Positions 44,732 to 54,461 are shown, numbered from the stretch's first letter. The stretch: DNA of 64,000 bases from Candidatus Woesearchaeota archaeon (GCA_016214075.1 JACRPI010000005.1:2662-66661), one strand, 5' to 3'. A program made the numbers and translations. The notes: generated from the sequence alone by a model not told the origin.

Positions 44732-46264
44732 TTATATGCTTGGTTCAAATCCTCCTATCTGCTCAGGTCTTAAGTAGTGACAACACATTTCAACAAATCT
44801 CTGTTGATGCAATTTCAAATCTTTATTCGTCAATCCCTTTGGATGATAGTATCTTAAACTCGCATCTCGTAAAACATCACTATCTATATCAATATGTTCA
44901 GGTAAATCTTTCCCTGTTTCTTGAAGATAAAATCTACGGACTTCCGGAATTCTCACTAACCTCTGATACCAAAAAGTATCACGTAATGGCATTGCCAGAG
45001 AAAAATCAACTCGTACCAACTTTCCATGCCCATATGTTCTGCTTCCAAATTCTCGAAGAAGGCGCTCCATACATTCTAAATTATATCTATGCGATTCTTC
45101 AGAATCTCCTGGTAACCCTGCCATAACTGGTAAAAACATATCTATTCCTATCTCTGTTGCTCCTTTGACAATATCATATACTTGTTGATATGCAAAACTA
45201 GGTTTATTAGAAAGCGCATTGACCCTCCCATCAAAATTTTCAACACCGACAAAAAGATTCTTGACTCCAAGATCCTTTAATTGAGTCATCATGCTTTTGC
45301 TTTCTGATTGATAAAAGAAGGGGACATACCCGTAGACTCGAAATTCTATTTCTGAAGGAATGGAAAAATCTTCTTTCGCGCGAAGTAACAACTCAAGTTT
45401 TTGTGGTGTAGCAAGAACATTGTCAGCAATAAAATATTCAGTAATTCCATGTTTGTCATAAAGCTGAAGAACTTGTTTCCAAAACGTATGAGCATTTCTC
45501 GTCACAACGTTCGGATTGCGAGCACTGACGCAATAGGAACACGGTCCACTTTGTTCCGCTTTTTCACACCCTGTTGAAAACTGCACAGCAACCATACCAA
45601 GGAAATTACCCTCTTTTTCTCGTAACTCGCGATATAATCGGGTCCTTGAATCAAATGCTTTCATCACTTGTGTATAATCTGGTGCGGAAGTAAAATCCCA
45701 GATTGGTCTATCAACAAGATCCGAGACACTGCTTTTTTTTGATTTGACAACTTTACCATCACGGTCTCTGTAAAAAAGGTTTGGAATATCAGCTGGATTC
45801 TCTCCACGGACAATGTCAACAAGCGCGTGTTCTCCATCGCCTGCAACCACGTAATCAATAGGGGAGTTTTGTTGTAAAAGTAATCTTGCGGTAGAACTAT
45901 AAGAGGCGCTAGGTCCACCAAGAACTATTATTTGATGAGGATTCTCTCTTTTAAGTTGTTCTGCAATTCTTAGGCTGTTTTCCAAATTAATGAGAATAGT
46001 GCTGAGACCAACAATATCTGAACCACCACACGAAGCTTGCATATCCTCTTTTGTTTTATATCGAAATTCAAAATCCTCTGCAGTTTCTCCATGCACTTTT
46101 TGAGCTCCAATACACTCTACATCAATCCCTTCACAATGATTTCTAATATTCTGTGCAAGAATTGCTAAGCCAGACGATAAGGGATGATTTATGTTTTCAA
46201 TAGACCATGGACGATCATATCGTTCAGATGGTGGTGGAAAAGCGAGTGTCACCTTTTTTTTCAT
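44732..46264 (-). CDS. B12-binding domain radical SAM protein
   Basis: N-terminal cobalamin-binding Rossmann segment (IIVLGGPSASY...DYVVAGDGEHAL), Cys cluster CEKAEQSGPCSYC, ~510 aa. Ends 7 bp before the pilin-like gene. Confidence 0.75.
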   Translation of the reverse strand: MKKKVTLAFPPPSERYDRPWSIENINHPLSSGLAILAQNIRNHCEGIDVECIGAQKVHGETAEDFEFRYKTKEDMQASCGGSDIVGLSTILINLENSLRIAEQLKRENPHQIIVLGGPSASYSSTARLLLQQNSPIDYVVAGDGEHALVDIVRGENPADIPNLFYRDRDGKVVKSKKSSVSDLVDRPIWDFTSAPDYTQVMKAFDSRTRLYRELREKEGNFLGMVAVQFSTGCEKAEQSGPCSYCVSARNPNVVTRNAHTFWKQVLQLYDKHGITEYFIADNVLATPQKLELLLRAKEDFSIPSEIEFRVYGYVPFFYQSESKSMMTQLKDLGVKNLFVGVENFDGRVNALSNKPSFAYQQVYDIVKGATEIGIDMFLPVMAGLPGDSEESHRYNLECMERLLREFGSRTYGHGKLVRVDFSLAMPLRDTFWYQRLVRIPEVRRFYLQETGKDLPEHIDIDSDVLRDASLRYYHPKGLTNKDLKLHQQRFVEMCCHYLRPEQIGGFEPSI

Positions 46265-46299
46265 TTTTACCCTCTTATTCTTCTTTTGAAAATACCAAA

Positions 46300-46612
46300 C
46301 TAATCATTATCTCCGTCCTCATCCCTTATCCCATCCCTCATACAATCCTTTTCCCAGATGCAATCCATTATTCCGTCCATTGTCTCCTTCATTATTCCAT
46401 TTTCATTCATCATTCCATTCTCGTACTTCCTGTTCATATCTAGGGTTTTGTCTTCCAAGTCCATCATATCTTTGAGGTGCTTGTGAAGGAGACCTACGCA
46501 GAAGACCATCTTCACAAATTCCTGCTGGATAATAAGCACCAGGAATTTGTCTCAAAAATCCATCATATACGGGTTGATTAGTTACCTTTTCATCTAATGT
46601 TCTTTTACTCAT
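46300..46612 (-). other. Two overlapping small ORFs in different frames over an imperfectly repetitive CT-rich DNA stretch upstream of the radical SAM gene (candidate leader/precursor peptide)
   Basis: ORF 46403..46612 has a gaggt RBS-like sequence 7 nt upstream and internal repeats (YDGFLRQ / YDGLGRQ). ORF 46300..46539 encodes NGMMNENGIMKETMDGIMDCIWEKDC. Confidence 0.25.
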
Positions 46613-46740
46613 TTGATTTACCTCTTGTGTTTTACTACTAAAAAGTAAAATAAGTGAAGAGTAGAGATTAATAAGAATATCTAAATAAAATACTAATAAT
46701 TCCGTAAAATTTATAAGTTTATTCCAATTTAATAAGAAAT

Positions 46741-47700
46741 ATGGTCATTTTAGATAAAAAAGACAAAAAACTACTCTTTGAATTAAGTCAGAATAGCAGG
46801 CAGACGAATAAAGAAATTGCAAAAAAGATTGGATTATCAGAACCAAGTACTGCGTACAGAATCAACAGATTAATGGGAAATAAAATAATAGAACATTTTT
46901 ATGTTATCACAAACAATGCAAAATTAGGATATTTTCATTACAAAATTTTCCTTCGCGCAGCGCAGATGAACGAAGAAACAGAAAAAATGTTTATCAAAGG
47001 AGTGAAAGAAAATAAGAATGTCATCTGGTTTGTTTCTACAAGAGGGAATTATGATTATGTTATTTCGATTTTAGCGAAGGATATTCATGAATTTAGTACC
47101 GTGTACAAACAAGTAACGGAAAAATTTGGAAGTAATATTCTGCAGAGAAATGTGTGTGTTGTAGAAAAAGCAGGAATTTATTCCAGGGGGTATTTATTAA
47201 ATCAGGTTTCCAAAGAACACAAATATGGTATGAAAGAAGAAGCAATTATTTTGGATGACGATGATAAGAGATTACTTCAGGTAATTTCCACAAATGCAAG
47301 AATGCCTTCTGTTGAAATAGCTCGTGAGCTGCGGATAAGCGCAGATAAAGTCATATATCGGATGAAGAAACTCATTGGTCAACAATTTCTTCTGGGTTTT
47401 GGAACAAAACTTACTTTAAAAAATTTAAATATAAAACAATATCTTGTTTCTTTCAAATTTCAAAATTTCAGCGAACAAAAATATAATATACTTAAAGAAA
47501 TTGCCAAAAAAAATCAATCTCTTCAATATTTTATTTCCATTATAGGAGACCATGATCTGGAGTTAGAGTTAGAAGTGCAGGATACAGAGCAGGTAGACAA
47601 TGTATTCAGAGAAATTAAGAGATTTTTTACGAACGAATTGAGAGGATATGAAATCTTAGAAATTACAGAAGAGTATAAATTGAACTATTTTCCGTTTTAA
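46741..47700 (+). CDS. Tandem (duplicated) Lrp/AsnC-family transcriptional regulator
   Basis: Two consecutive HTH+RAM units (LDKKDKKLLFELSQNSRQTNKEIAKKIG... and LDDDDKRLLQVISTNARMPSVEIAREL...). Divergent from the radical SAM operon. Confidence 0.75.
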   Translation: MVILDKKDKKLLFELSQNSRQTNKEIAKKIGLSEPSTAYRINRLMGNKIIEHFYVITNNAKLGYFHYKIFLRAAQMNEETEKMFIKGVKENKNVIWFVSTRGNYDYVISILAKDIHEFSTVYKQVTEKFGSNILQRNVCVVEKAGIYSRGYLLNQVSKEHKYGMKEEAIILDDDDKRLLQVISTNARMPSVEIARELRISADKVIYRMKKLIGQQFLLGFGTKLTLKNLNIKQYLVSFKFQNFSEQKYNILKEIAKKNQSLQYFISIIGDHDLELELEVQDTEQVDNVFREIKRFFTNELRGYEILEITEEYKLNYFPF

Positions 47701-47896
47701 TAGAAAAAGTCATTCACTTATTATGAGAAAACTGACAAAAACAAATCTGCGAAGTTCCGAATATTAATGTTTTCTCATATAATTTAACAAAGAAGAGAAT
47801 GCGCTAATTTTTATATAAAAACCCCTCCAACTATATAGGAACCCCCTTTTTTCTACAAGGAATGTTTATATAATCTAAGCGGCAATCTTATTTTTC

Positions 47897-48005
47897 TGTT
47901 CAAATAGTAATTTCTTGGTTTGCTGGGACTGTTCTTCGGAACAGGGTTGCACCGGGGTTATTATTTAACTCGGCAAAAGGCTCTCCTTTTGCCTTTATTT
48001 TTCTA
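47897..48005 (+). ncRNA. Candidate small RNA (TATA-like tttatataat at about 47863, internal hairpins, terminal hairpin plus T-tract)
   Basis: ctgttcttcggaacag hairpin, ggcaaaagg...ccttttgcc hairpin followed by tttatttttct. No ORF explains the region (minus ORF 47900..48094 is low quality). Confidence 0.25.
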
Positions 48006-48073
48006 ACTGCGATAACAGTATTTGAACGCGTACTATCGTAAATTATATATAGTTCTTTGTGTAAAATAATTCC

Positions 48074-48292
48074 ATGCGAAAACAGCTTCAGCATACCACA
48101 ATTGTTGTCATGGTACTTCTTCTTGTATTAGGCGGTGCGTTGTATCTTGTAGAAACAACGACAGGAAGCGATGGGAACACGCTCACTGCGGCAACAGTTG
48201 GCGCGCAAGCGGTAAACTGCGATGAGCCGCTCGCGAAAGACGCGTCTTCTTTTGAAAAACAGGAATATTATGATCAATGCACAAAAGCATAG
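48074..48292 (+). CDS. Small membrane/secreted protein (hypothetical), first gene of the pilin cluster
   Basis: TM segment TTIVVMVLLLVLGGALYLV. Confidence 0.35.
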   Translation: MRKQLQHTTIVVMVLLLVLGGALYLVETTTGSDGNTLTAATVGAQAVNCDEPLAKDASSFEKQEYYDQCTKA

Positions 48293-48725
48293 AAAAGCGC
48301 AAGCAGCGATAGAATTTTTGTTTGTTGTTGGTTTTGCGATGCTGCTGCTCATTCCGTCGCTTGCGTTATTTGGCAGATTTGTGCAGGAATCATCCTACAC
48401 AGTGACCACAAGTCAAGTCAATAAAATTGGAAATTACATGTTGAGCACAGCGAAAACAGTGTATCATGGAACAAACGGAACAGTAATAGTCATTGAAGTA
48501 AATTTTCCTGAAGGAGTTACTGATATGGAAATTCCTGAAGAAACGCATGATCAGATTATTTTCACGATGGATATTGGTGGCGCGGAAACACAGCAGGTGT
48601 ATTATTCCGATATTCCGATCAATGGCACGTTCAGTAGTAGTGATGTGCTAGAAGGAATAAAAAAATTCAGATTAGAAGCAATAAACAATGGCGCGCTTGT
48701 GCAGATAGAGAGATTGATACAATGA
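48270..48725 (+). CDS. Archaeal type IV pilin-like protein (class III signal peptide, DUF361-like QAAIEFL motif)
   Basis: MINAQKHRKAQAAIEFLFVVGFAMLLLIPSLALF fits the archaeal prepilin consensus [KR]-x-Q-(A/V)-x-(I/L)-E-(F/Y)-L. Confidence 0.65.
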   Translation: MINAQKHRKAQAAIEFLFVVGFAMLLLIPSLALFGRFVQESSYTVTTSQVNKIGNYMLSTAKTVYHGTNGTVIVIEVNFPEGVTDMEIPEETHDQIIFTMDIGGAETQQVYYSDIPINGTFSSSDVLEGIKKFRLEAINNGALVQIERLIQ

Positions 48726-49690
48726 AAGAAAAAGTAAACGCGGTTATTCTTGCGGGAACAAAGAATTGTGAACCCTTTATAATTGGGAAACAGCAAGAAT
48801 ACAAACAATATCTTGAGTTAGAAAAAAAACCAATTGTTTCGTATGTCATTGACGCGGCATTGCGTGCAAAGCGCGTGGATAAGATTTTTATTATTGCGGA
48901 TTCCAAGCGAATGAACAAGCTTCTTGGAAAATATAATGGCAAAGAGCGATCCAGAATTCACCTTATTGAAAATCAGGAATCTTTAATGCAAAGTTTGCTG
49001 TATTGTTTTCAAGAGTGGACGCCAAAAGGAATCTTGCTTCCCTCAGACGCGCCGTTTCTTCAGGCAAAAGATATTGACAAATTCATAAAAGCGGTTGATC
49101 CAAAAGTGGATTATGTCATGGGGTTTACTGATGGGAGAAAAATAGATACTCTTTTCAGCGAGCTTTCTTTGTACGTAAAGAAAGACAAGATAAAGTACGG
49201 TCTGTTTCCGATATACCATGCGCATGTCCGAATTAGCAATCTTCATTATATTGATTTTACACGAATAACAACCAATGAGCTTGCGTTCAGCCAGACGGTT
49301 TTTGATCATAGAAAACTGTTGAAAGAAGATGGAAGGAAAGACAGGAAGAATTGGAGAAAGATTGCGTGGGCATGTTTTCGGTATCTTCATAAAAGAAAAT
49401 ATCATCCCGCGATAATCATGGGAAGTTTTTTTGCGCTAGTTTATGGGATTTTGTTTTATTGTAGCCACAAAACAAAAGGAACAAGATTGGAAAAATTCTA
49501 CACCTTTTTCTTGCGTCCTTCTTTTATCGCAATAATTATAACAATGCTGACGGGGTGGAGAATAAAGTGCCAGATCATTGTGAATGAAGATTTATCGCCT
49601 ATGCTTGACGTTGATGTTCCGGAAACCTATCTTCTTTTCGCGAAAAACAAACATTTTGAAGAAGTAAGAAGTATTCTAAAGCAAGTATAG
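48722..49690 (+). CDS. Nucleotidyltransferase-fold protein (MobA-like NTP transferase) with C-terminal TM segment
   Basis: AVILAGTKN...KPIV (G-x-G-T-R-like NTP-transferase N-terminus). Overlaps the pilin gene stop by 4 bp. Confidence 0.5.
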   Translation: MKEKVNAVILAGTKNCEPFIIGKQQEYKQYLELEKKPIVSYVIDAALRAKRVDKIFIIADSKRMNKLLGKYNGKERSRIHLIENQESLMQSLLYCFQEWTPKGILLPSDAPFLQAKDIDKFIKAVDPKVDYVMGFTDGRKIDTLFSELSLYVKKDKIKYGLFPIYHAHVRISNLHYIDFTRITTNELAFSQTVFDHRKLLKEDGRKDRKNWRKIAWACFRYLHKRKYHPAIIMGSFFALVYGILFYCSHKTKGTRLEKFYTFFLRPSFIAIIITMLTGWRIKCQIIVNEDLSPMLDVDVPETYLLFAKNKHFEEVRSILKQV

Positions 49691-49783
49691 TTCTTTAAAA
49701 GCTGTTTAAAAAGTAACCTTTATATAGGATTACACTTAAAAAAGAATGCATATCACAGAATCGCAAAAAAAAGAGGGGATAGT

Positions 49784-51382
49784 GTGGTAATGCATTTTTC
49801 GTTGAACAAAAAAATACTCAACAGTATTATTTCTTTTTTGATTTTTATTTCAATTCTTACAGCAGTTTCCGCGCAGGATTATCTTGCGTTGCAGGGAAGC
49901 GCGGCAGGTTCTGGTAGAGGAATAGGAAGTGGGACTGGGCAAGGAAATATTACTATTGAGATTTGGGGTGCAGCAACAGGAGGTTCTTTGCTTTATAACT
50001 CTACATCAGATTTTTGGGGTGCGTTAAATAATAGTAGATATGATATTTTACTTGGAAATGGGTCGCAGCCATTAAATCTCAATTTTTCAAATACATATTT
50101 CATGGAAATCTACATTAATGAGAGAGAATTGGATTTTAATGGAACTGAACGACAGGTTTTTCAGAGTCCAGTAGGAAATATTACAGTGACGACGCCGATT
50201 AAAACAACAAATAGTTTGAACGTGAATGATTTCTTTAATGTAACTGGGTCAACGAGTGTAGTTAGAACAAATGGGACAGTGATGATTTTGAATGCTGATG
50301 TTGATGATGCGTTGAACGTCTCTGGTGCAGTTTTCTCAGACACTCAATTTAAAACAGATGGACCAATTATTAGTATAGCGGCAGCAACAGCATTAGGTTT
50401 GGATGTCAGCGGCTTTGCGACCGTTGCCAATTTCTTCAACGTGACTCCAGCAACAAGCGCAGTACGAACAAATGGGACAGTAACTATAATTAATGCAGAC
50501 GTAGATGACGCGTTGAACGTGACAGGAGCTACATTTTCAACATTGCAAGTTAAGACAGATGGTGGATTCATTAGCCGTGCGGCAGCAACAGCGCTAGGTT
50601 TGGATGTCAGCGGCTTTGCGACCGTTGCCAATTTCTTTAACGTGACTCCAGCAACAAGCGCAGTACGAACAAATGGGACAGTAACTATAATTAATGCAGA
50701 CGTAGATGACGCGTTGAACGTTTCAGGTGGGTTAAAGATGGGTTCAGAACCAGGGTCAGCATTCACCTTTGCAAGTTTTACTATCAGCGACCAAGGTGTC
50801 GTCACAACTGATGCAAACATTGGACCAGTTGCAGGAAGAGGGAATGTGATCATCAATAGTCTCACAGAGCCAGCGTTGAGAATTAACTCAGGATTCAACG
50901 TGAGTGGGACAACAGGAAATCTCAAAACAAATGGGACAATTACCATTACAAATCTTGATTCAGACGATGCGTTCAACGTTAGCGGTGCCTCTATCTTTAA
51001 AGATAAGGTCTTTATCTCGGGTCCTGCTCCAGATCCTATATTTACAGTGAACAATGGGTTTAATATCAGCGCAAGTAATGGTGCAGTTAGAACAAATGGA
51101 ACAATTACCATTACAAACCCTGATACAGACGATGCGTTGAATGTCACAGGAAGCATTGCGCAGCAAGGACCTGCGTTCACTATTGGCAATGCAGATTCAA
51201 CGACACAAAATCATGTTGATATTTATGATGGGGGATCAAACAAATGTGCGTATCTTACATTATACGATGAGAATGGTGGTCCACATTATTTCTGGACGAA
51301 TACGACTGGTGGTCTTCTCACTGCGTCTCTTCCACCAATTAATTGTGATGGAGAAGGAACAACTGTAGGTTCACAAGCATAG
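49784..51382 (+). CDS. Secreted tandem-repeat surface protein rich in N-glycosylation sequons
   Basis: Signal peptide, then about six ~56-aa repeats (NVTxxTSxVRTNGTVxIxNADVDDALNVSG). Near-identical 168-bp DNA repeats at about 50393-50560 and 50561-50730. Confidence 0.75.
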   Translation: MVMHFSLNKKILNSIISFLIFISILTAVSAQDYLALQGSAAGSGRGIGSGTGQGNITIEIWGAATGGSLLYNSTSDFWGALNNSRYDILLGNGSQPLNLNFSNTYFMEIYINERELDFNGTERQVFQSPVGNITVTTPIKTTNSLNVNDFFNVTGSTSVVRTNGTVMILNADVDDALNVSGAVFSDTQFKTDGPIISIAAATALGLDVSGFATVANFFNVTPATSAVRTNGTVTIINADVDDALNVTGATFSTLQVKTDGGFISRAAATALGLDVSGFATVANFFNVTPATSAVRTNGTVTIINADVDDALNVSGGLKMGSEPGSAFTFASFTISDQGVVTTDANIGPVAGRGNVIINSLTEPALRINSGFNVSGTTGNLKTNGTITITNLDSDDAFNVSGASIFKDKVFISGPAPDPIFTVNNGFNISASNGAVRTNGTITITNPDTDDALNVTGSIAQQGPAFTIGNADSTTQNHVDIYDGGSNKCAYLTLYDENGGPHYFWTNTTGGLLTASLPPINCDGEGTTVGSQA

Positions 51383-51393
51383 TTTAGATAAAA

Positions 51394-52668
51394 ATGGGAC
51401 TAACCATGAAGGAAAAAATAGTATTAAAAGGTTTTCTCTTTTTTCTAACTATTTTATTTTTCTCATCTTTTGTTTTCGCAATTCAAGGCAGCGATAGTTC
51501 TGGAACAGTTACGAGTTATAGCGGGACAACAGGAGCGGCTGCTGCGAGTGGAAGTTCTTCAGATAGCGCAGTAAGTGGAGGAAGAGTTTCTGCAGGAGGA
51601 TCTGCGGTTTCAAGCGCGTATTCTGATGGAACAATTTCAGGAAGTCCTGGCGCGGACCTTTCGACAACAGATACAAGCACTTCTTCAGAGGGTGGATCAG
51701 AGAGTGGATCGGGCACAGAAACAGAAAGCGGTTCTCTCAACAGTATTCCTTCGGGTGGAGGCGGTGGTGGAGCAGGACCAACAGCAGAAGCAGCGACAGA
51801 ATCAGCCGAAGCTGCTACTGAACAGACTACTGTAGAAGCAGAAGCACAAGCAGCGGCAGAAGCAGCAACAGAAACAACAGCTCCTGCGGAAAATGCAGTC
51901 ACTATTGCGATAGAATTAAGTGCAGGAGATTCTGTAACATTAGCTCCACAGACAGGGGCGGCAGGCATGTCTGTAATTGCAGTGACTGATACAACAGCGA
52001 CAATTGTTATCACAAGTGATAGTGCAGGAAACGCAATCACAGGTGGTGCGATTTATCAAGCAGAGCAAGAAGTAACAATGGAAGTAGGACAAACCATTGA
52101 TGTGGATAGTGATAACGATGGCATTGCGGACTTACAAGTAACATTAACACAAATAAATTATAACTCTGAGGCAGGAAAATATGAAGGCATTTTCACGTTA
52201 ACATATTTGAATCCCACAGAAGAGATTGTTTCTTTTGTCAAAGAGCAGATTGATCGAGGAGAAGTCGCGTTTGTGAAAGGTCCAAGTGAAGAAGAAATCT
52301 CTTTTGCGTATTGGATATGGATTCTTGTCGCGTTTATTGTCATAAGTGTTCTTACGCTTGTAGGATGGGTACTCTTTGATAAGAAGAACAAGAAACATTT
52401 TCCTACAACAATTCCAACACATTATTTTGAAAAGCTCATGCGGCAAGAAGTAGGTACACATAAAAAACCAGAAGAGCAAAAGAAAGAAATAACACAAATA
52501 GAAGTAAAAAAAGAAAATAATGTTGGAAAAGAACAACCTATTGGAACACAGACAATTCTTTCAGAAATAAAACAGCCAAAAAAGAAAAAAGGCAAGAGAA
52601 AGAAGAATAAGAAAGCAGCAAAAATAAAGAGAAGTAAGAAAGCAAAAAATAAGCGCAAAAAAGTATAA
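51394..52668 (+). CDS. Secreted Ser/Gly/Thr/Ala-rich low-complexity surface protein with C-terminal TM anchor and Lys-rich tail
   Basis: Signal peptide; long low-complexity region; TM YWIWILVAFIVISVLTLVGWVLF; KKKKGKRKKNKK tail. Confidence 0.65.
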   Translation: MGLTMKEKIVLKGFLFFLTILFFSSFVFAIQGSDSSGTVTSYSGTTGAAAASGSSSDSAVSGGRVSAGGSAVSSAYSDGTISGSPGADLSTTDTSTSSEGGSESGSGTETESGSLNSIPSGGGGGGAGPTAEAATESAEAATEQTTVEAEAQAAAEAATETTAPAENAVTIAIELSAGDSVTLAPQTGAAGMSVIAVTDTTATIVITSDSAGNAITGGAIYQAEQEVTMEVGQTIDVDSDNDGIADLQVTLTQINYNSEAGKYEGIFTLTYLNPTEEIVSFVKEQIDRGEVAFVKGPSEEEISFAYWIWILVAFIVISVLTLVGWVLFDKKNKKHFPTTIPTHYFEKLMRQEVGTHKKPEEQKKEITQIEVKKENNVGKEQPIGTQTILSEIKQPKKKKGKRKKNKKAAKIKRSKKAKNKRKKV

Positions 52669-52673
52669 ATAGT

Positions 52674-53138
52674 CTACTCTTTCGAAGCGGACAATTCATC
52701 AATATCTTTTTTCTTTAAATTTAAGTGCTGTGCGGGTCGCCGTAATTCCTGCATCCACAAAATGCCAATTTTGATCATTGCTTTGTTAAATTTATCAGAA
52801 ATTTTGTAATGTTTTTTGTATAAATCGTAATCAATAAGTCCCATGCTTTTCATCGGCGTTAAAATTCTGTCGTAAAACTGTCGTTTGTTATAACTCAGTT
52901 TCACCTGTTTTCCGCGATATAATGGATCATCAATTTCAGCGAGAATTTCGCCTTCGTGAAGGTGCGTCGCGAAAAGAGACATAGTGGTTTTTGTGAGAAT
53001 GCCATCATTTTCTTTCATGCGTTGGATGAGAAGCTTGCCAACGACAACTTGTTGTTTGGTCGCGAAGATGATTTCAAAAATATCTTCAGGCATGTTAAAT
53101 TGATCAAATAAAATAACCATAGAATCACTCATTGCCAA
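52674..53138 (-). CDS. Hypothetical protein (154 aa)
   Basis: Clean ORF; no family recognised. Confidence 0.45.
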   Translation of the reverse strand: MAMSDSMVILFDQFNMPEDIFEIIFATKQQVVVGKLLIQRMKENDGILTKTTMSLFATHLHEGEILAEIDDPLYRGKQVKLSYNKRQFYDRILTPMKSMGLIDYDLYKKHYKISDKFNKAMIKIGILWMQELRRPAQHLNLKKKDIDELSASKE

Positions 53139-53221
53139 ACCAGTATATAAATCTTTCGGAGCAGTATGGTTTTTCGTATACTGGAGAAAGTTATTTATAG
53201 TGGTTTATTCTTCGTTATCTG

Positions 53222-53680
53222 ATGCCGCAGTATTCTTTTCAGTATTGTCAGAAGTTGGTTATCTTTTCAAAGGATAAAACCAAAATTCTTCTTGGAAAAA
53301 GGAAAGGAGAAGCGGATTATGATGGCGTCTTTTCTTTTTTTGCTGGAAAGATGGAAACAAAAGACGCGTCAATTCTTGAAGGGCTGAAAAGAGAGAAAGA
53401 GGAAGAGCTTGGAAATGATTTCAAAATCGACGTGTATCCTCTTTTTACGCATAATTTATTTTATACAAGCGTTGGTGGAAGAAAAATGATTTTGCCGCAT
53501 TATTATGCGGTCTATAAAAGTGGAGAAATTACTCTGAATGACGAGTATTCAGAAGCACGATGGGTTTCAGTAAAAGACTTGGATTCTTTCGAGCCAAAAG
53601 TGGAAACAATTCCAGATGTGGTCAGGCAGATGGCAAAACTGGAAAAAATGATGAAAAAAGAAGATTTTGTCGTGATGTAA
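53222..53680 (+). CDS. NUDIX hydrolase
   Basis: Nudix box GKMETKDASILEGLKREKEEELG (Gx5Ex7REUxEExGU). Confidence 0.8.
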   Translation: MPQYSFQYCQKLVIFSKDKTKILLGKRKGEADYDGVFSFFAGKMETKDASILEGLKREKEEELGNDFKIDVYPLFTHNLFYTSVGGRKMILPHYYAVYKSGEITLNDEYSEARWVSVKDLDSFEPKVETIPDVVRQMAKLEKMMKKEDFVVM

Positions 53681-53747
53681 TTTATAGTTGGGTGTTTTAT
53701 TTTTCTTTTGAGTGTTTCTCATCTGTATTCTTCATAACTTCATCATT

Positions 53748-53912
53748 CATCATAAATACCCCATTACACTTTAGTGTAATGGGTCCCCCTGACATTTTTG
53801 CTTTACTGGTGCGTGTATTCTTCTTTACTATTAAACAATAATTCGCCTTACTACTACATGAATCGCCTTATTGTCCTTTTGAATCCCCATGTCTTTATTA
53901 TTTATTTTTTAA
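53748..53912 (-). repeat. Family-B repeat, full copy B3 (reverse orientation)
   Basis: Reverse complement reads aaataaataataaagacatggggattcaaaaggacaataaggcgattc...aaggcgaatt...acacgcaccagtaaagcaaaaaTGTCAGGGGGACCC-ATTACACtaaaGTGTAAT-GGGGTATTTAT. Confidence 0.6.
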
Positions 53913-54066
53913 AATACTGATTATTTTTCTAAACATCGTACGAAAACAAACAAAACAACAATCAAATACTCTCTTTCATTCCCGAGTGGTTATAAAACTT
54001 TAAATAAGGCAAGTAGCAGAAAAAGAAAATACCTGAGATCAAAGATTTCAAGGAGGGGTGTTTATT

Positions 54067-54288
54067 ATGGCAAAGAAAGCAATGAAAGCGATGGGCGGAA
54101 CGTGCCCAACAGAAGGAAAGTGTCCGTGCTGGTTTAGCTGGGCAGTATTAGGAGTAGGTATATTATATTTATTGAGCGACCTTTTTCCAATGACTATATT
54201 TGGATGGTTCGGCGCGACATTCAGCTGGTGGACAGTAGCGTTTGTCTTATTTGGCTTGAAATGCGTTTGTAAACAAATGTGCAAGTAA
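54067..54288 (+). CDS. Small Cys-containing membrane protein
   Basis: Strong RBS aggagggg 8 nt upstream of the ATG. Two TM helices. Confidence 0.45.
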   Translation: MAKKAMKAMGGTCPTEGKCPCWFSWAVLGVGILYLLSDLFPMTIFGWFGATFSWWTVAFVLFGLKCVCKQMCK

Positions 54289-54461
54289 CGAAAACCAAAG
54301 TTTGGTTTTCGGTATTACAAATCTCGATCTGAAGGTTATAATAAGCGAGATTTGAAATAAGTTTGCACTTTTTTCTTTTTTCATTTCACTATTCTCTCAA
54401 AATTTTCTCAAAAATATTTTTCAAAGCATCTCCCGTTACCTTTATATAGCAATTCATTCTC

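Noticed and set aside
46207-46443. 78-aa plus ORF overlapping the radical SAM start
   Set aside because: Overlaps the rSAM N-terminus in antisense and is His/Ile/Pro low complexity; it reflects the repetitive DNA.
50344-51189. 281-aa minus-strand ORF inside the repeat surface-protein gene
   Set aside because: Antisense reading of the tandem repeats (poly-Val/Thr/Pro); the plus-strand glycoprotein-like product has a signal peptide and coherent repeats.
51516-52040. 174-aa minus ORF within the Ser/Gly-rich protein gene
   Set aside because: Antisense low-complexity artefact.
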